Origin: an uncultured Candidatus Saccharibacteria bacterium
GTDB lineage: Bacteria > Patescibacteriota > Saccharimonadia > Saccharimonadales > CAZVRA01
Reading direction: 5' to 3'
DNA length: 64,000 nucleotides
NCBI GenBank assembly: GCA_964630055.1
Contig: CAZVRA010000003.1
Coordinates: 4,443 to 68,442, forward strand
The position numbers were made by a program, and so were the translations under genes. Numbering within the stretch: the stretch's first letter is position 1; every line of letters starts with the position of its first letter. This document shows, piece after piece, positions 18,384 to 29,066 of the stretch. A model generated the notes under the pieces. It had not been told where the DNA came from and ran no database searches. It saw nothing but the letters and a program-made list of their open reading frames with translations.

Positions 18384-18719
18384 CTAAAGTGCGAAGATGG
18401 TTTGCAGGATGCGCGCAACCGCTTGCTGTTCTTTGGGCGATAATTTAGTAATGTATTTTACTAAGCGATTTTTGTCTATGGTTCTGATTTGGTCGCAGGC
18501 GACCGATGACTGCCGTTGGCCCATTTTTATGGTTGTGCGAAATGGCCAGTCAATAATTGTACTGGTTAGTGGCGCAATGGTAACAGTTTTGAGGCTCTGA
18601 TTCATTTCGTCGGGCGACACTACGATGCAAGGGCGAGTTTTTTTAATTTCACTGCCGAGCGTAGGGTCTAAGCAAACCCAATGCACATCGAATCGTTGGG
18701 CTTTTCTAGTCGAGACCAT
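18384..18719 (-). CDS. mazF: Type II toxin, PemK/MazF family endoribonuclease
   Basis: RFDVHWVCLDPTLGSEIKKTRPCIVVSPDEMN and IAPLTS motifs. Start at the internal ATG overlaps the antitoxin gene by 14 nt. Confidence 0.85.
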   Translation of the reverse strand: MVSTRKAQRFDVHWVCLDPTLGSEIKKTRPCIVVSPDEMNQSLKTVTIAPLTSTIIDWPFRTTIKMGQRQSSVACDQIRTIDKNRLVKYITKLSPKEQQAVARILQTIFAL

Positions 18720-18975
18720 CGCTAAGCGTCGCGCCCCAATCTTGTAATTCCTCATCGGCCAGCTGTGCGGCTGCCTGTGATTTTTGGATCTGTTCTATTT
18801 TGGCGACCCATTTTTGACGCGGGCTTTCGGCTGGCCTTAGTGTGACTTTACCGTGCTGTATGTCCATGTTGATTACGGTAGAGCTTTGCAAACCACTTAA
18901 GATCAGGGCGGTTTTCGGCAGCCTAACAGCTACACTATTGCCATCTTTGACCAATTTGGTAGTTAGCGTCGTCAT
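18706..18975 (-). CDS. mazE: Type II antitoxin, AbrB/MazE/SpoVT fold
   Basis: KLVKDGNSVAVRLPK swapped-hairpin motif. Lies immediately upstream of the toxin. Confidence 0.8.
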   Translation of the reverse strand: MTTLTTKLVKDGNSVAVRLPKTALILSGLQSSTVINMDIQHGKVTLRPAESPRQKWVAKIEQIQKSQAAAQLADEELQDWGATLSDGLD

Positions 18976-18990
18976 GGGTACATTGTACCC
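18976..18990. promoter_or_regulatory. 15-bp perfect palindrome GGGTACA-T-TGTACCC abutting the mazE start codon; contains the -10 TACAAT
   Basis: Read directly. On the minus strand TACAAT (18982-18987) lies 6 nt before the ATG. Probable autoregulatory operator overlapping the promoter. Confidence 0.5.
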
Positions 18991-19134
18991 ACAAAAAAGA
19001 ATCTAGTCAAGCTTGCGAGGAGGTTGGTTAAGGAGCTTAGCACATGGCATATTATCGAGGGAGATTTGGGGGGAAGTGTAAACGCTGCGGCTATTTGCAC
19101 ATAGTTCCTGTACATGATATGCAAAAATAATTTG

Positions 19135-20271
19135 TTATTTTATATAGTCGTGAAGTTTGCGGGCGTCTTTGTGCTTGCGCAGTTTGGCCAGGGCTTTGGC
19201 TTCTATTTGGCGGATTCGCTCGCGGGTGACGTTAAATTCTTGGCCGACTTCTTCTAGGGTGTGGCTTTTGCCGTCTTCTAGGCCAAAGCGCAGTTTAAGG
19301 ATTTTTTGCTCGCGCTCAGTCAGTGCGCCTAGCATGTCTTTGACGTGCCCTTTTAGCAGGCTGCCGGTGGCTGATTCTTCGGGGCTGACGGTGTCTTCGT
19401 CCTCGATAAAGTCGCCCAGTACGCTGTCTTCCTCGTCGTCACGGACTGAGGCGTCTAGGCTAGAAATGTCCTGCTTGATTTTCATAATGTGCTCGACTTT
19501 GTCGACGTCAATTTCCATGGCCTTGGAAATTTCTTCGTTGGTCGGTTCGCGGTTAAGTTCTTGGGTCAGGCGGCGCTGGGTGCGCAGCAATTTGTTGATG
19601 GTTTCGACCATGTGCACCGGAATGCGAATGGTGCGAGCTTGGTCGGCAATGGCGCGGGTAATGGCCTGGCGGATCCACCAGGTGGCGTAGGTGCTAAATT
19701 TAAAACCTTTGTCGGGGTCGAACTTTTCGACGGCACGCAGCAAGCCGGTATTGCCTTCCTGAATTAGGTCTAGTAGGTCTAGCCCGCGCCCAACGTAGCG
19801 TTTGGCAATGCTAACCACCAGCCGCATGTTGGCCTCGGCCATTTTGTCTTTGGCGCCCTTGTCGCCGGCGACTACTTTTTGGGCTAGGGCCAATTCTTCC
19901 TCGGCGTTTAACAGGGGTATTTTACCTATTTCTCGCAGGTACAAGCGCACCGAGTCGTCGGCTACGTCGTCTAGGTATACTTGCTCGTTTAGGACCACTT
20001 CGGCTTCGTCTTCCTCGGCTTCCCACTCGTCGCTCATTTCGACGGTGGCGCCGCCGGCCGAGCTAATAATTTTAATGCCGCTGTCGGCTAGCTCGGTGTA
20101 AAGACGATCTAGTTCGTCGACGTTTTCGGCGGTGTCGGGTATGGCTGCGCTAATGTCGCGTTGGTCTATTTGGCCGGCTTTTTTGGCTTTGGCCACCAGT
20201 TCTTGGTAGGTGGCAGCTGGGTCGGCGGTTGGTTCTGGCTGGGCGGCAGACTTTTTGGGTGATTTAGGCAT
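19135..20271 (-). CDS. rpoD: RNA polymerase sigma factor RpoD (primary sigma)
   Basis: Regions 1.2-4 ([67 protein letters not shown]). Start set at the ATG at 20271, preceded by AGGAG. The ORF track extends to 20313. Confidence 0.95.
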   Translation of the reverse strand: MPKSPKKSAAQPEPTADPAATYQELVAKAKKAGQIDQRDISAAIPDTAENVDELDRLYTELADSGIKIISSAGGATVEMSDEWEAEEDEAEVVLNEQVYLDDVADDSVRLYLREIGKIPLLNAEEELALAQKVVAGDKGAKDKMAEANMRLVVSIAKRYVGRGLDLLDLIQEGNTGLLRAVEKFDPDKGFKFSTYATWWIRQAITRAIADQARTIRIPVHMVETINKLLRTQRRLTQELNREPTNEEISKAMEIDVDKVEHIMKIKQDISSLDASVRDDEEDSVLGDFIEDEDTVSPEESATGSLLKGHVKDMLGALTEREQKILKLRFGLEDGKSHTLEEVGQEFNVTRERIRQIEAKALAKLRKHKDARKLHDYIK

Positions 20272-20327
20272 TAAGGCTCCTATTCTGTTGTTGCAAGTTT
20301 GGCATTTTGCCACTTGATAATAATTGG

Positions 20328-22112
20328 TTAAATATTTTTGAGTAAAACGTCTAATTCTTTAGCTTTTTCAAGCAGATTTTCTAGACCGGCTTCGCTGGCT
20401 GCTTGCATTTGTTCGGCCAGCAGGCGTTTTTGGGCTTTGACATATGTCTCTATCACTCGCATCTGCAACCGAGCGGCTTCGTGACGAAGCTCCGATACCT
20501 CGAGATGTTGATAAAGTTCTTCAAAAAGTAATGCTAATACTCTACCATACTGAGCCAATTCTGGCAACAGAGGTGCGGCTTGGTTTTGGTTGTCGTAGTT
20601 AAAATCTGGCTGAGCTTTTAAAAAATTTAGCAGCTTTTTGGCCTGCTGGTCGGGCAACATTTGCGGTGTCACCACATACAAGTATTCGCGCAGACTAGGC
20701 AAAATTAGGCCCAGAGCCAGCAGGTTATTTTGGTTTTTTATTTGATCCCGACTAGCTGTATTTTGCTGCGACGATTCGAATGCGGATTGCTTTATAGGCC
20801 GTTTGCGAACAGTTTGGCCAGATTGTTTTTTTAAGGTCCGAGTTTTGTCGCGCAGAGCATCCATGCCCACCCCAAGAGTCTTGGCAATTTTTTGCAGGTA
20901 ATGGTCACGTTCTACCGAATCCTCTAGCTGACCCACCACACTGAGCAGCTTGTCGGTGTAGGCGCGTTTACCCTGTGCCGAGGTGATGTCGAGTAGCCCT
21001 GCATAGCGGTCCATAAGCCAATCGACAACATATTGAGGCTGCTCGATAGTTTTTTGCCAAGCAGCTGGGTCTTGGCGGATGAGTTCGTCCGGATCCTTTC
21101 CGGCTGGCACCGTGATTATGCCCAGCGATACGCCGCAGGCAGCCGCAATTGGTATAGCCCTTTCGGCGGCCGCCAGACCAGCTTTGTCTTGGTCGAACGC
21201 CAGGCGGATGTCGTCGGTAAAACGGCTAAGCGCCTTGAGCTGCGCCGCCGTTAAAGCGGTGCCAGCCGTGGCGACGCATTGGCGCACGTCAGCTTGATGG
21301 CTGGCAATGACGTCCAGATTGCCCTCGGCAATAACCACAAATTGGCTTTTGCGAATGGCCTCTTTGGCTAGGTGCAGGCCAAATACGTGGCGGCTTTTGT
21401 CGTATAACGGCGTTGAAGGGGTGTTTATGTATTTGGGCGATTGGGCGCCCTCTTGGACCAACTGCCTCGCGGTAAAACCAATTACCCGGCCAGTGCTATC
21501 CATGAGCGGTATCATTATTCGGCCGCGAAACAAATCGCCCAGGCCTCGACCGCTGCGGTTGGTTGCTAGGCCGGCTTTTTTAAGCTCGGCAGCCGAAAAA
21601 CCCTTGCCCAGCAAAAAAGTTGTCAACGAGCTGCCACTACTGGGCGAATAACCAAGCCGAAAATCTACCACACTTTGTTTGTTAAAATGTCGCTGTTTAA
21701 TGATGTAGTCTTGAGCCAGTTTATTTTTGGCAAAATGAGCCTGATAAAACTTAGCGGCCAGGTCTAGGGCGGCATAAAGCCGTTCTTTTTGCTTGGCGGC
21801 CGTCGCACCGCCGGCCCGTCCCGGCCCTTTGTATTGGCTTAGGTCGACGCCGGCTTGGCGAGCCAGCAGCTCTAGCGCTCCCTTAAAGTCTAGCCCCTCA
21901 GTCTCCATAACAAAACTAAACATGTCGCCGCCGCGGCCGCTGCTAAAATCGTGCCAGATTTGCTTTTCGGGGCTGACCACAAAACTGGGCGTTTTTTCTT
22001 GGCTAAACGGACTCAGCGCCTTGTAATTGCGCCCGGCTCGCTTGAGCTCGATGTATTGGCTAACAACATCTTCTATGCTTAAGCGATTTTTTATGTCCTC
22101 AACTGCGTCCAT
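20328..22112 (-). CDS. dnaG: DNA primase
   Basis: 594 aa with an N-terminal zinc-binding region and a TOPRIM core ([15 protein letters not shown]). Classic dnaG-rpoD arrangement. TATACT lies 7 nt before the ATG. Confidence 0.95.
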   Translation of the reverse strand: MDAVEDIKNRLSIEDVVSQYIELKRAGRNYKALSPFSQEKTPSFVVSPEKQIWHDFSSGRGGDMFSFVMETEGLDFKGALELLARQAGVDLSQYKGPGRAGGATAAKQKERLYAALDLAAKFYQAHFAKNKLAQDYIIKQRHFNKQSVVDFRLGYSPSSGSSLTTFLLGKGFSAAELKKAGLATNRSGRGLGDLFRGRIMIPLMDSTGRVIGFTARQLVQEGAQSPKYINTPSTPLYDKSRHVFGLHLAKEAIRKSQFVVIAEGNLDVIASHQADVRQCVATAGTALTAAQLKALSRFTDDIRLAFDQDKAGLAAAERAIPIAAACGVSLGIITVPAGKDPDELIRQDPAAWQKTIEQPQYVVDWLMDRYAGLLDITSAQGKRAYTDKLLSVVGQLEDSVERDHYLQKIAKTLGVGMDALRDKTRTLKKQSGQTVRKRPIKQSAFESSQQNTASRDQIKNQNNLLALGLILPSLREYLYVVTPQMLPDQQAKKLLNFLKAQPDFNYDNQNQAAPLLPELAQYGRVLALLFEELYQHLEVSELRHEAARLQMRVIETYVKAQKRLLAEQMQAASEAGLENLLEKAKELDVLLKNI

Positions 22113-22184
22113 AAGGGGTAGTATACGCTAGGTTGGGTTTTGTTGGCCAGTGTCGCGCCCAGCAAATCATGATACAATACGCTT

Positions 22185-22904
22185 ATGCAACCTCAGGTTA
22201 TTACGCCCGGTGACCAATCGGAGCCAACAACTAACTCTGTTAACCAAGAAGTACTAGTGACAAATATAGCTACTAGCTCCGCACCTTCTGCTTTGCCCAA
22301 TGTACCGGCAGTACCGACAGTACCGGCTGTGCCGGCCGAGTTGCCTGCTGTGCAGGCTGCTCAAGTCCCGGTTCGGCCGCAAGCCTATGCGCAACCTCAA
22401 CCTCAAATACCAATACAGCCACAACCCAGCAGCCCGCCCGCGCCAACCAATGGTTTAACATGGACGGCGTCGGAGTTTATTCCTCACGACAAAGATTCTG
22501 GGTGGTATGTTCTTTTGGGTGTGGCGGCAATTGTGATTACCGGGCTAATCTATTTGCTAACTCGCGACAAGTTGACCAGCGGAACCGTGGTAATTGCGGC
22601 TATTTTGTTTGGGATTATGGCGGCGCGCAAACCAAGGGAATTAAACTATTCGCTCAGCGACCAGGGCGTGCAAGTGGCCGAAAAGCTCTATCCTTATAGC
22701 AGTTTTAAGTCGTTTTCGGTGGTGCGGGAGGCTGGCGTAGAGTCGGTTTGGTTTATGCCGCTCGAGCGTTTTAAGCCCGGTCTGAGCATATATTTTGCCC
22801 CCGATATGGCCGAACGAATAGTCGATATGCTCAGTGAGGCGCTACCCTACCAGGAATACGAGCTAGATTTTACCGACCGCTTGATGCATCACTTGCGGTT
22901 CTAG
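22185..22904 (+). CDS. Hypothetical membrane protein (Pro/Ala/Val-rich N-terminus, two TM helices, ~100-aa C-terminal domain)
   Basis: PNVPAVPTVPAVPAELPAV repeats, then GWYVLLGVAAIVITGLIYLL and GTVVIAAILFGIMAA helices. Confidence 0.6.
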   Translation: MQPQVITPGDQSEPTTNSVNQEVLVTNIATSSAPSALPNVPAVPTVPAVPAELPAVQAAQVPVRPQAYAQPQPQIPIQPQPSSPPAPTNGLTWTASEFIPHDKDSGWYVLLGVAAIVITGLIYLLTRDKLTSGTVVIAAILFGIMAARKPRELNYSLSDQGVQVAEKLYPYSSFKSFSVVREAGVESVWFMPLERFKPGLSIYFAPDMAERIVDMLSEALPYQEYELDFTDRLMHHLRF

Positions 22905-22990
22905 ACCTTAGGTTTTAGATTTGGCTGGTGCTGCAAACGGCCTGGTATCCACCCCTGTTTTATGATATAATCTTAGCTTGCTGGTTTTAT

Positions 22991-23067
<77 letters not shown>

Positions 23068-23254
23068 ATTTTATTTCAGGTGATCTCAAGAGGGGCTTGT
23101 CCCTCTGCTTAAATTATCGAATTCATTTCAACATGCTTGCACTCCATCTAAAGCTTGGCTAGCGTCTTGTGTTAGTAGGGTTTTGTTTTTACGACTGTCG
23201 TTTTCGTAAGGCCTGTATTTTTAGATTAAAATGACTTTCTGCTACAGTTAAAAT

Positions 23255-24049
23255 ATGGAAAAACTTAGGCCACTACTGATATATAAATACTTTATTGCTG
23301 TTGTGTCTGTGACCATCCCTTTTTGGGTGCTTGGATCGATTACTCATGTCAATGGACTGCCATTTAATATGCAGTTAAATGCCTTGTTGATTTTTGTGCT
23401 TCCAATAATTACCAGTATTTTTGTATATAATATTGGTGGAAAAAGTGCGGTCAGGCAAATGTGGCAAGCCTGTATCCCCCAACGCGCAGACTTTAAGGTG
23501 ATTGCTATCGCTTTCATCTCAATGCCACTTTTGGCGCTGCTCACATTCACCGTTCTTAGAGCGAACGGCGTGATATTTGATGGTTTCTCTGTAAGCCTGT
23601 GGCAATTACCGGTTTATTTTCTTATTTATTACATTGCAGCAGCTTTTGAGGAAGTGGGCTGGACGTGGCTGTCTACACCAAGTCTACTTAAGAAATATGG
23701 GGTTATCTCTGCGGGGTTGATTATTGGTTTTGTTTGGTCATTAATTCACGTTTGGCCGTGGTTTTTGCAGAACGGAGCACATTTTATGGTTGGCATGGGC
23801 ATATTGTCTATACAAAACCGAATCATTATGACGTGGATGTATTCAAAATCTGCGGCTAAACTATGGCCTGTCATTGTCTATCACGCGATGATAAATATGA
23901 CTTTCACAGTCTTTCACTTCTCTAGCCCGTTTGCGAATCCATTTTTATACTCGGGAGTTCTTATTTTGGTTGCTGTCTGCATCTTGATACTATGTCTTGC
24001 GCTAAAAAAGCGCAGCATTATAAAAGATTCTGGCACGCATATAAATTGA
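23255..24049 (+). CDS. CPBP family intramembrane glutamic endopeptidase (CAAX protease/Abi-like)
   Basis: Polytopic membrane protein with AAFEEVGW (EExxxR-type motif 1), SLIHVW (FxxxH) and VYHAMIN (HxxxN). Visibly AT-rich. Confidence 0.8.
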   Translation: MEKLRPLLIYKYFIAVVSVTIPFWVLGSITHVNGLPFNMQLNALLIFVLPIITSIFVYNIGGKSAVRQMWQACIPQRADFKVIAIAFISMPLLALLTFTVLRANGVIFDGFSVSLWQLPVYFLIYYIAAAFEEVGWTWLSTPSLLKKYGVISAGLIIGFVWSLIHVWPWFLQNGAHFMVGMGILSIQNRIIMTWMYSKSAAKLWPVIVYHAMINMTFTVFHFSSPFANPFLYSGVLILVAVCILILCLALKKRSIIKDSGTHIN

Positions 24050-24106
24050 TACTTTTTGGATTTATTGAATTACTGTGTACCAACTTTCAAGCTCTAGATA
24101 AACGGG

Positions 24107-24139
24107 TTGACAAAATTTAATGTTGTATATACAATTGTA
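24107..24139 (+). promoter_or_regulatory. vapBC promoter (TTGACA-17 nt-TACAAT) overlapped by palindromes TTGTATATACAA and TACAATTGTA
   Basis: TTGACA 24107-24112, TACAAT 24130-24135. Perfect palindromes at 24123-24134 and 24130-24139. Confidence 0.5.
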
Positions 24140-24145
24140 GTTACA

Positions 24146-24400
24146 ATGAAAACGACCATAGCAACTGTTATCAAGACCGGCAACTCATTTGCCCTGCGTG
24201 TGCCCAAATCTTATGCCGAACGGAATAGGCTGCGTCTTGGCTCCAAGGTTTCCCTGCCCGATCCACAGACGTATGGAGGAACGTTGGCTGACCTTGACGC
24301 AAAGCTCTCGGCCTCAGTAAAAAAGGATAAAATCCCAGCTTGGGACAGCATTTCTAATCCATCTAAGTGGCAGCGAAATGAGCGTCAAAACTGGTCGTGA
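24146..24400 (+). CDS. vapB: Type II antitoxin, AbrB/MazE-fold (VapB-like)
   Basis: MKTTIATVIKTGNSFALRVPKSYAE. Start chosen at the ATG at 24146, downstream of the promoter. The ORF track starts at 24107. Confidence 0.8.
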   Translation: MKTTIATVIKTGNSFALRVPKSYAERNRLRLGSKVSLPDPQTYGGTLADLDAKLSASVKKDKIPAWDSISNPSKWQRNERQNWS

Positions 24401-24777
24401 AATCAGTAATTATCGATACTAATGTTTTGATCTATTGGTACAAGCAAGACGGGATCGGCAATATTGCCATGGCCAAGAGTATTTCCCCAATATTTTCGGT
24501 AATTACCAAGATCGAAGCTCTAGGATTTAAGGACTTGTCTGTCAAGGAGGCAAAAATAATTAATTCCCTGCTCAACACCGGACTACTGGCGGAACTGAGC
24601 AGTGAGATTGTCGATATAACCATCAAACTCCGTCAAAAGCATAGGATCAAAACCCCAGACGCGATCATTGCGGCTACGGCAATCGTCTACAATGCCGAAC
24701 TGTGGACGGCAAACACCTCTGATTTTAAATCAATCGATGGGTTGAAATTGTTTAATCCTATATTCGCCACCCGCTAA
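24397..24777 (+). CDS. vapC: Type II toxin, PIN-domain ribonuclease VapC
   Basis: VIIDTNVLIYW N-terminal acidic motif and PDAIIAATA motif. GTGA overlap with the vapB stop. Confidence 0.9.
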   Translation: MKSVIIDTNVLIYWYKQDGIGNIAMAKSISPIFSVITKIEALGFKDLSVKEAKIINSLLNTGLLAELSSEIVDITIKLRQKHRIKTPDAIIAATAIVYNAELWTANTSDFKSIDGLKLFNPIFATR

Positions 24778-24830
24778 ACCTGTAAACAATAATTAGCTGG
24801 TATTGCCGCCTGGCGGGTATAATAAAGTTT

Positions 24831-25592
24831 ATGCTTCATGATCGTCTGTTATTGATGTTAGTTGGATTTGTGGCGGGCGTTATCAACGCTGTGGCTGGCG
24901 GTGGGTCTTTGGTTTCTTTCCCGCTGCTTATGTACTTTGGTTTGTCTCCTATTGTCGCCAACATAACTACTAGCATAAGTGTTCTGCCTGGTACTCTGGT
25001 TGCAACTTGGGGTTATCGCCGCTATCTAAAAAGAATACGCAAACAATATTTCCTACTAATTTTTCCGGCAATGGCGGGCAGCATAGCTGGTGCGTGGGCA
25101 TTATTGCGAACTAAAGATGGTGAATTTTTGACTATAGTTCCCTGGTTTATTTTGTTTGCCATAATTTTGTTGGTGTCCCAGCCCTGGCTACACAAATTAC
25201 TTTTTAGTCGACAGGGCCTAGCGGTAAACTTTAAGCATCACAAGGCTTTTATGCTAGTAATTAGCCTGATTATTTTTATGGCTAGCATCTATGGAGGTTA
25301 TTTTGGCTCTGGCTACGGAATAATAATCTTGGCTTTTTTGGGCCTAACAACTCTGCGTAGTATTAATCAAATGAATGCCCTTAAAAATGTTATAGCTTTA
25401 TTTTTGAACATTGTATCATGTGCTTACTTTTTGCGGCACGGACTAGTTAATTGGGAGGCGGCCATTTACTTATCTTATGGCAATGCGCTGGGTGGGCACA
25501 TCGGTGCGCACTACGGCATTCGTCTTCGCAAGAATGCTGTGCGAACCCTAGTTATTATTTGGGGAATTGCTATTTTGTTGTTTATGATTTAA
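24831..25592 (+). CDS. Sulfite exporter TauE/SafE family membrane protein
   Basis: GVINAVAGGGSLVSFPLLMYFGLSPIVANITTS and a second-half repeat. About 8 TM helices. Confidence 0.85.
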   Translation: MLHDRLLLMLVGFVAGVINAVAGGGSLVSFPLLMYFGLSPIVANITTSISVLPGTLVATWGYRRYLKRIRKQYFLLIFPAMAGSIAGAWALLRTKDGEFLTIVPWFILFAIILLVSQPWLHKLLFSRQGLAVNFKHHKAFMLVISLIIFMASIYGGYFGSGYGIIILAFLGLTTLRSINQMNALKNVIALFLNIVSCAYFLRHGLVNWEAAIYLSYGNALGGHIGAHYGIRLRKNAVRTLVIIWGIAILLFMI

Positions 25593-25679
25593 GCCTTAAA
25601 TTTTTATTCAATATCCAAGTCTGGCGGCGATACAGCTACGCGTAGTATACTTAAATTAGCAAAGGCTAAGGAGTATCTA

Positions 25680-26765
25680 ATGCAACGCGACGAAACAGTC
25701 ATTAAAACAGTCAAAGTTCTGATTACGATATTGGTGTTCGCAGCTGCTATAGGCACGGCCTATAAAATACGTAATATTTTAGTTTGGTTGTCGGTTGGTG
25801 CTTTTTTGGCCGTGGTCATCAACCCGTTAGTAACCCGATTGGCTCGTAATATGCCCGATAAGCGTAGAACATTGGCCACCGGCCTTGTTGCCACGGCAAT
25901 CATTGTGGCTCTTCTGTCAATAACGGCAGCCTTCATACCGCCCGTAATTCGCCAAACCAGTACTTTAGTGTCTAATTGGCCGACAATCACTAATAACATC
26001 GAAAACAGCATAGATAATGCTCAGAGCGGTCCGCTAAAACTATTGCGAGAACAAAAAGCAGATCAATATATAAGAACACGTCGTGGAGAAATACAAAATT
26101 ACATGTCGAGGTTTTTTATTCGGTCCCTGACTAATGTTTCGGCTCTTTTGTCTAGTGTTGGGGCCACCTTAACAATTTTGGCACTAACAGTATATTTGTC
26201 GGTTCATGGGCCGCGAATTTTGAATCAATCGATTGATTTATTGCCGCCAAATATTAGCCACGAGGCCAGAATGTTGCAGCGCAACCTTTATTCGGCCATT
26301 ACTGGATATGTAAACGGGAATTTGTTAACCAGTGTGGTGGCTGGCGTGATATCTGCTTTAGTTTGCTGGATAGTTGGCCTGCCGTACCCCATCTTATTAG
26401 GAGTTTTGGTGGCCATAACCGACCTAATACCAATGATTGGCGCCACACTTGGAGCGGCCATTGTGCTGTTGGTGGCGGCATTTAGTAATCTAGGCTCTTT
26501 CCTAATTATGCTCGGATTTTTTATTGTTTATCAGCAGTTCGAAAACTATGTTCTGGTGCCACGAGTCATGAGTCGCACAGTCGAAATGTCACCATTTGCA
26601 GTGTTCTTGTCGGCCCTTTGTGGCGCGGTTATTGCCGGATTTTTTGGAGCCTTGGTAGCCATACCAATCGGCGCCTGCGCCATGATTATTTTTAGGCGCA
26701 TGTATAATGTTCGCCGCAAAGATGTGATTGCCCAAGAAAAAGCTCTTAAAGCTCAGGCCTCCTAA
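25680..26765 (+). CDS. AI-2E family transporter (PerM/YhhT-like permease)
   Basis: 361-aa polytopic protein with LIPMIGATLGA and VYQQFENYVLVPRVM motifs. SD AAGGAG. Confidence 0.85.
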   Translation: MQRDETVIKTVKVLITILVFAAAIGTAYKIRNILVWLSVGAFLAVVINPLVTRLARNMPDKRRTLATGLVATAIIVALLSITAAFIPPVIRQTSTLVSNWPTITNNIENSIDNAQSGPLKLLREQKADQYIRTRRGEIQNYMSRFFIRSLTNVSALLSSVGATLTILALTVYLSVHGPRILNQSIDLLPPNISHEARMLQRNLYSAITGYVNGNLLTSVVAGVISALVCWIVGLPYPILLGVLVAITDLIPMIGATLGAAIVLLVAAFSNLGSFLIMLGFFIVYQQFENYVLVPRVMSRTVEMSPFAVFLSALCGAVIAGFFGALVAIPIGACAMIIFRRMYNVRRKDVIAQEKALKAQAS

Positions 26766-26801
26766 AACAACAATTGGCTTTAAGTAAGTAATGCCAATAC
26801 T

Positions 26802-29024
26802 TTAGGACGAGGTGCTGGTGTCTTGACCGAGCAATTTGGCTCGCATTTCCTGGAAGCGCTGTTGCTGCTCGGCAGCAATTTGCTCGGGCGTGGGTTTGGG
26901 CGGCTCGGGAGCTGGCGCTGGGGTATTGTCGGCAGAATTATTCTTTTGTCCGCCACCGTTGGCTCTGCTACTAGTGCCGCCATTGTTGCCGTTTTGACCA
27001 CCGTTTTGACCGCGCTCGCTGCGCCCGCCAACCACGTTAACAACTGGTATAACAATTGGACTGCGATTGGTTTGGTCAAACAAAAAGTGCGTCACATGTT
27101 CTTTAATTTCTTGCTTAAATCTGTCCAGATCAACTCGCTTGAAGCGCTGTTGCACGGCTCGTCTTAACTCGGCCCTAAAGTCGTTCATTAGCTCCTCGCT
27201 ATCGCGCATGTAAATGAAACCGCGGCTGATGATGTCGGGGCTGGTTAGCAGCTGGCCGCTGCGTTTGTCGATGGTTAGAATGACGGCCACTAGGCCCTCT
27301 TCGGCAAGCATGACACGGTCTTTAACAACCACGCCATTTACAATGGAGCCAGTTTGGTCCACCAGTAGGCTGCCGTGGGGCACTTGGCCAGCGTGGTCGT
27401 AGTCGTCGCCGTCCATATAAACGCTGTCGCCGTTGTTGAGCAGTAAGACGTTGTCACGGGGCCAGCCCTCCTCGATGGCCAGTTCGGCATGGTAACGGCG
27501 GCGCAAGGCTCCGGCATGAACTGGTATGACGTACTTAGGTCGAACCATATTGATCATTTCGCGCATTTCGTCGCGGCGGGCATGACCCGAAACGTGCAAC
27601 GGCCCGCAACCATCGACTTCGTGGGTTGGGTGCCTAAACAAATGAACTCCCAGTTTGGCCAGGTTGTTGCCAATCATGTCGTAGCGAATTTCGTTGCCTG
27701 GAATTGGCGACGAACTAACAACTACTGTGTCGCCAGGTTTTAATTTAATGTATTTGTGCGTGCCTTCGCTCATTTTTTGTAGCGCAGCGTTGGGCTCGCC
27801 TTGGCCGCCAGTGGCCATGACCAGAATTTTGTCGTCGGCAATATTGGCGATGTCGCGCATGGCCATAAAAGTCCCTTTTGGTACGCGCAAAATGCCTTGG
27901 CGCACGGCAATTTCGGCGTAGGCCATCATGCTGCGACCGTCTAGTGCCACGTGTCGGCCGGCGGCTACCGCGGCGTTGACAATCATCTGAATTCGGTTCA
28001 TGTTGCTAGAAAACACAGCGCAAAAAATGCGACCCTGAGATTGCTCAATAACGTCATGAAAGCTTTGTTGCAGGGTGTGTTCGGTGGGAGTGCGGCCTTC
28101 GGCGTCCGAGTAGCTACTTTCGGTCAGCAGAGCCAGTACGCCCTCGTCGCCCAGTTGCTTGAGCCGATCGGTGTCGCTTGGGTGATGATCCAGTGGCTCG
28201 GGGTCTAGGCGGAAATCGCCAGTGGCAATAAGTCGGCCAACCGGCGTGTCTATGCAAACCGACGAAGCTTCGGGAATAGAGTGAGTAATGCGAATTAGCT
28301 CAATTGTAAATACGCCCACCTTTAGCCGTTCATGGTTTTCCATGTTCATGACCATTAGATTGGGCTCAAAAGTTTCGGCGCCTGGCGGCAAATCCTCAAA
28401 GGTTTTTTCTACAACACCCAACGTAAAGCGAGAGCCGTAAATTGGCGCTGGGAACATCGGTACAATGTGTTTTAGGCCACCAATATGGTCCAGGTGGCCA
28501 TGAGTTATAACGTAACCTTTAATTTTGTGCTTGATCGATTCCAGGTATGTGGGGTCGGCAATTTCGTAGTTAATGCCCGGCAGATCTACGCCCAGGTTGT
28601 TGCCGCAGTCTAAAACGATGGCATCATTTTTGTATTCGATAATAGCGGTGTTTTTTTCGCCAACATCATCGAGCCCACCCAAAAATGTTAGTTTGAGTTT
28701 GTCGAAAGCGTCGGTAATTTTATTGGCCCGTGGTGCAGGCTGGTCGAGCTGCTTGGTGGCCGCTGACGCATATTGGTTGACTAGCTTATGAGCATCGTCC
28801 TGATTGCGTTTTTGGGCTCGCATTGCTGCGCCGCGCGAAGCGCGGCTGGAGCCTTGCGGCGCCAATGCTGGCGCTGACCCGCCATTGCTATTGCTCCTAG
28901 GTCGACCATTGCCGCCGGTTCCTGGTCGGCGCTGCCGCCGCTGGTTCGGTTGGCCATTTTGGGCCTGTTGCCTGCTTGGACCTGACTGATTTGGTTTGGG
29001 TGGTTTTGGTTTATCGTTATTCAT
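26802..29024 (-). CDS. rnj: Ribonuclease J with ~95-aa N-terminal and ~95-aa C-terminal low-complexity (Gly/Asn/Gln/Arg/Pro) extensions
   Basis: Metallo-beta-lactamase/beta-CASP core (ITHGHLDHIGG, LTESSYS, PLHVSGHA). Tails such as RRQRRPGTGGNGRPRSNSNGG and GGRSERGQNGGQNGNNGGTSSRANGGGQKNN. Confidence 0.95.
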   Translation of the reverse strand: MNNDKPKPPKPNQSGPSRQQAQNGQPNQRRQRRPGTGGNGRPRSNSNGGSAPALAPQGSSRASRGAAMRAQKRNQDDAHKLVNQYASAATKQLDQPAPRANKITDAFDKLKLTFLGGLDDVGEKNTAIIEYKNDAIVLDCGNNLGVDLPGINYEIADPTYLESIKHKIKGYVITHGHLDHIGGLKHIVPMFPAPIYGSRFTLGVVEKTFEDLPPGAETFEPNLMVMNMENHERLKVGVFTIELIRITHSIPEASSVCIDTPVGRLIATGDFRLDPEPLDHHPSDTDRLKQLGDEGVLALLTESSYSDAEGRTPTEHTLQQSFHDVIEQSQGRIFCAVFSSNMNRIQMIVNAAVAAGRHVALDGRSMMAYAEIAVRQGILRVPKGTFMAMRDIANIADDKILVMATGGQGEPNAALQKMSEGTHKYIKLKPGDTVVVSSSPIPGNEIRYDMIGNNLAKLGVHLFRHPTHEVDGCGPLHVSGHARRDEMREMINMVRPKYVIPVHAGALRRRYHAELAIEEGWPRDNVLLLNNGDSVYMDGDDYDHAGQVPHGSLLVDQTGSIVNGVVVKDRVMLAEEGLVAVILTIDKRSGQLLTSPDIISRGFIYMRDSEELMNDFRAELRRAVQQRFKRVDLDRFKQEIKEHVTHFLFDQTNRSPIVIPVVNVVGGRSERGQNGGQNGNNGGTSSRANGGGQKNNSADNTPAPAPEPPKPTPEQIAAEQQQRFQEMRAKLLGQDTSTSS

Positions 29025-29066
29025 TTTTTCTCCTTTTAATAAAAGTTCTAATTTGTAATAAATTGT

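Noticed and set aside
23089-23106. Hairpin AGAGGG-N6-CCCTCT after tRNA-Arg as a terminator.
   Set aside because: It has a 6-bp stem but no following T-tract. It is too weak to call.
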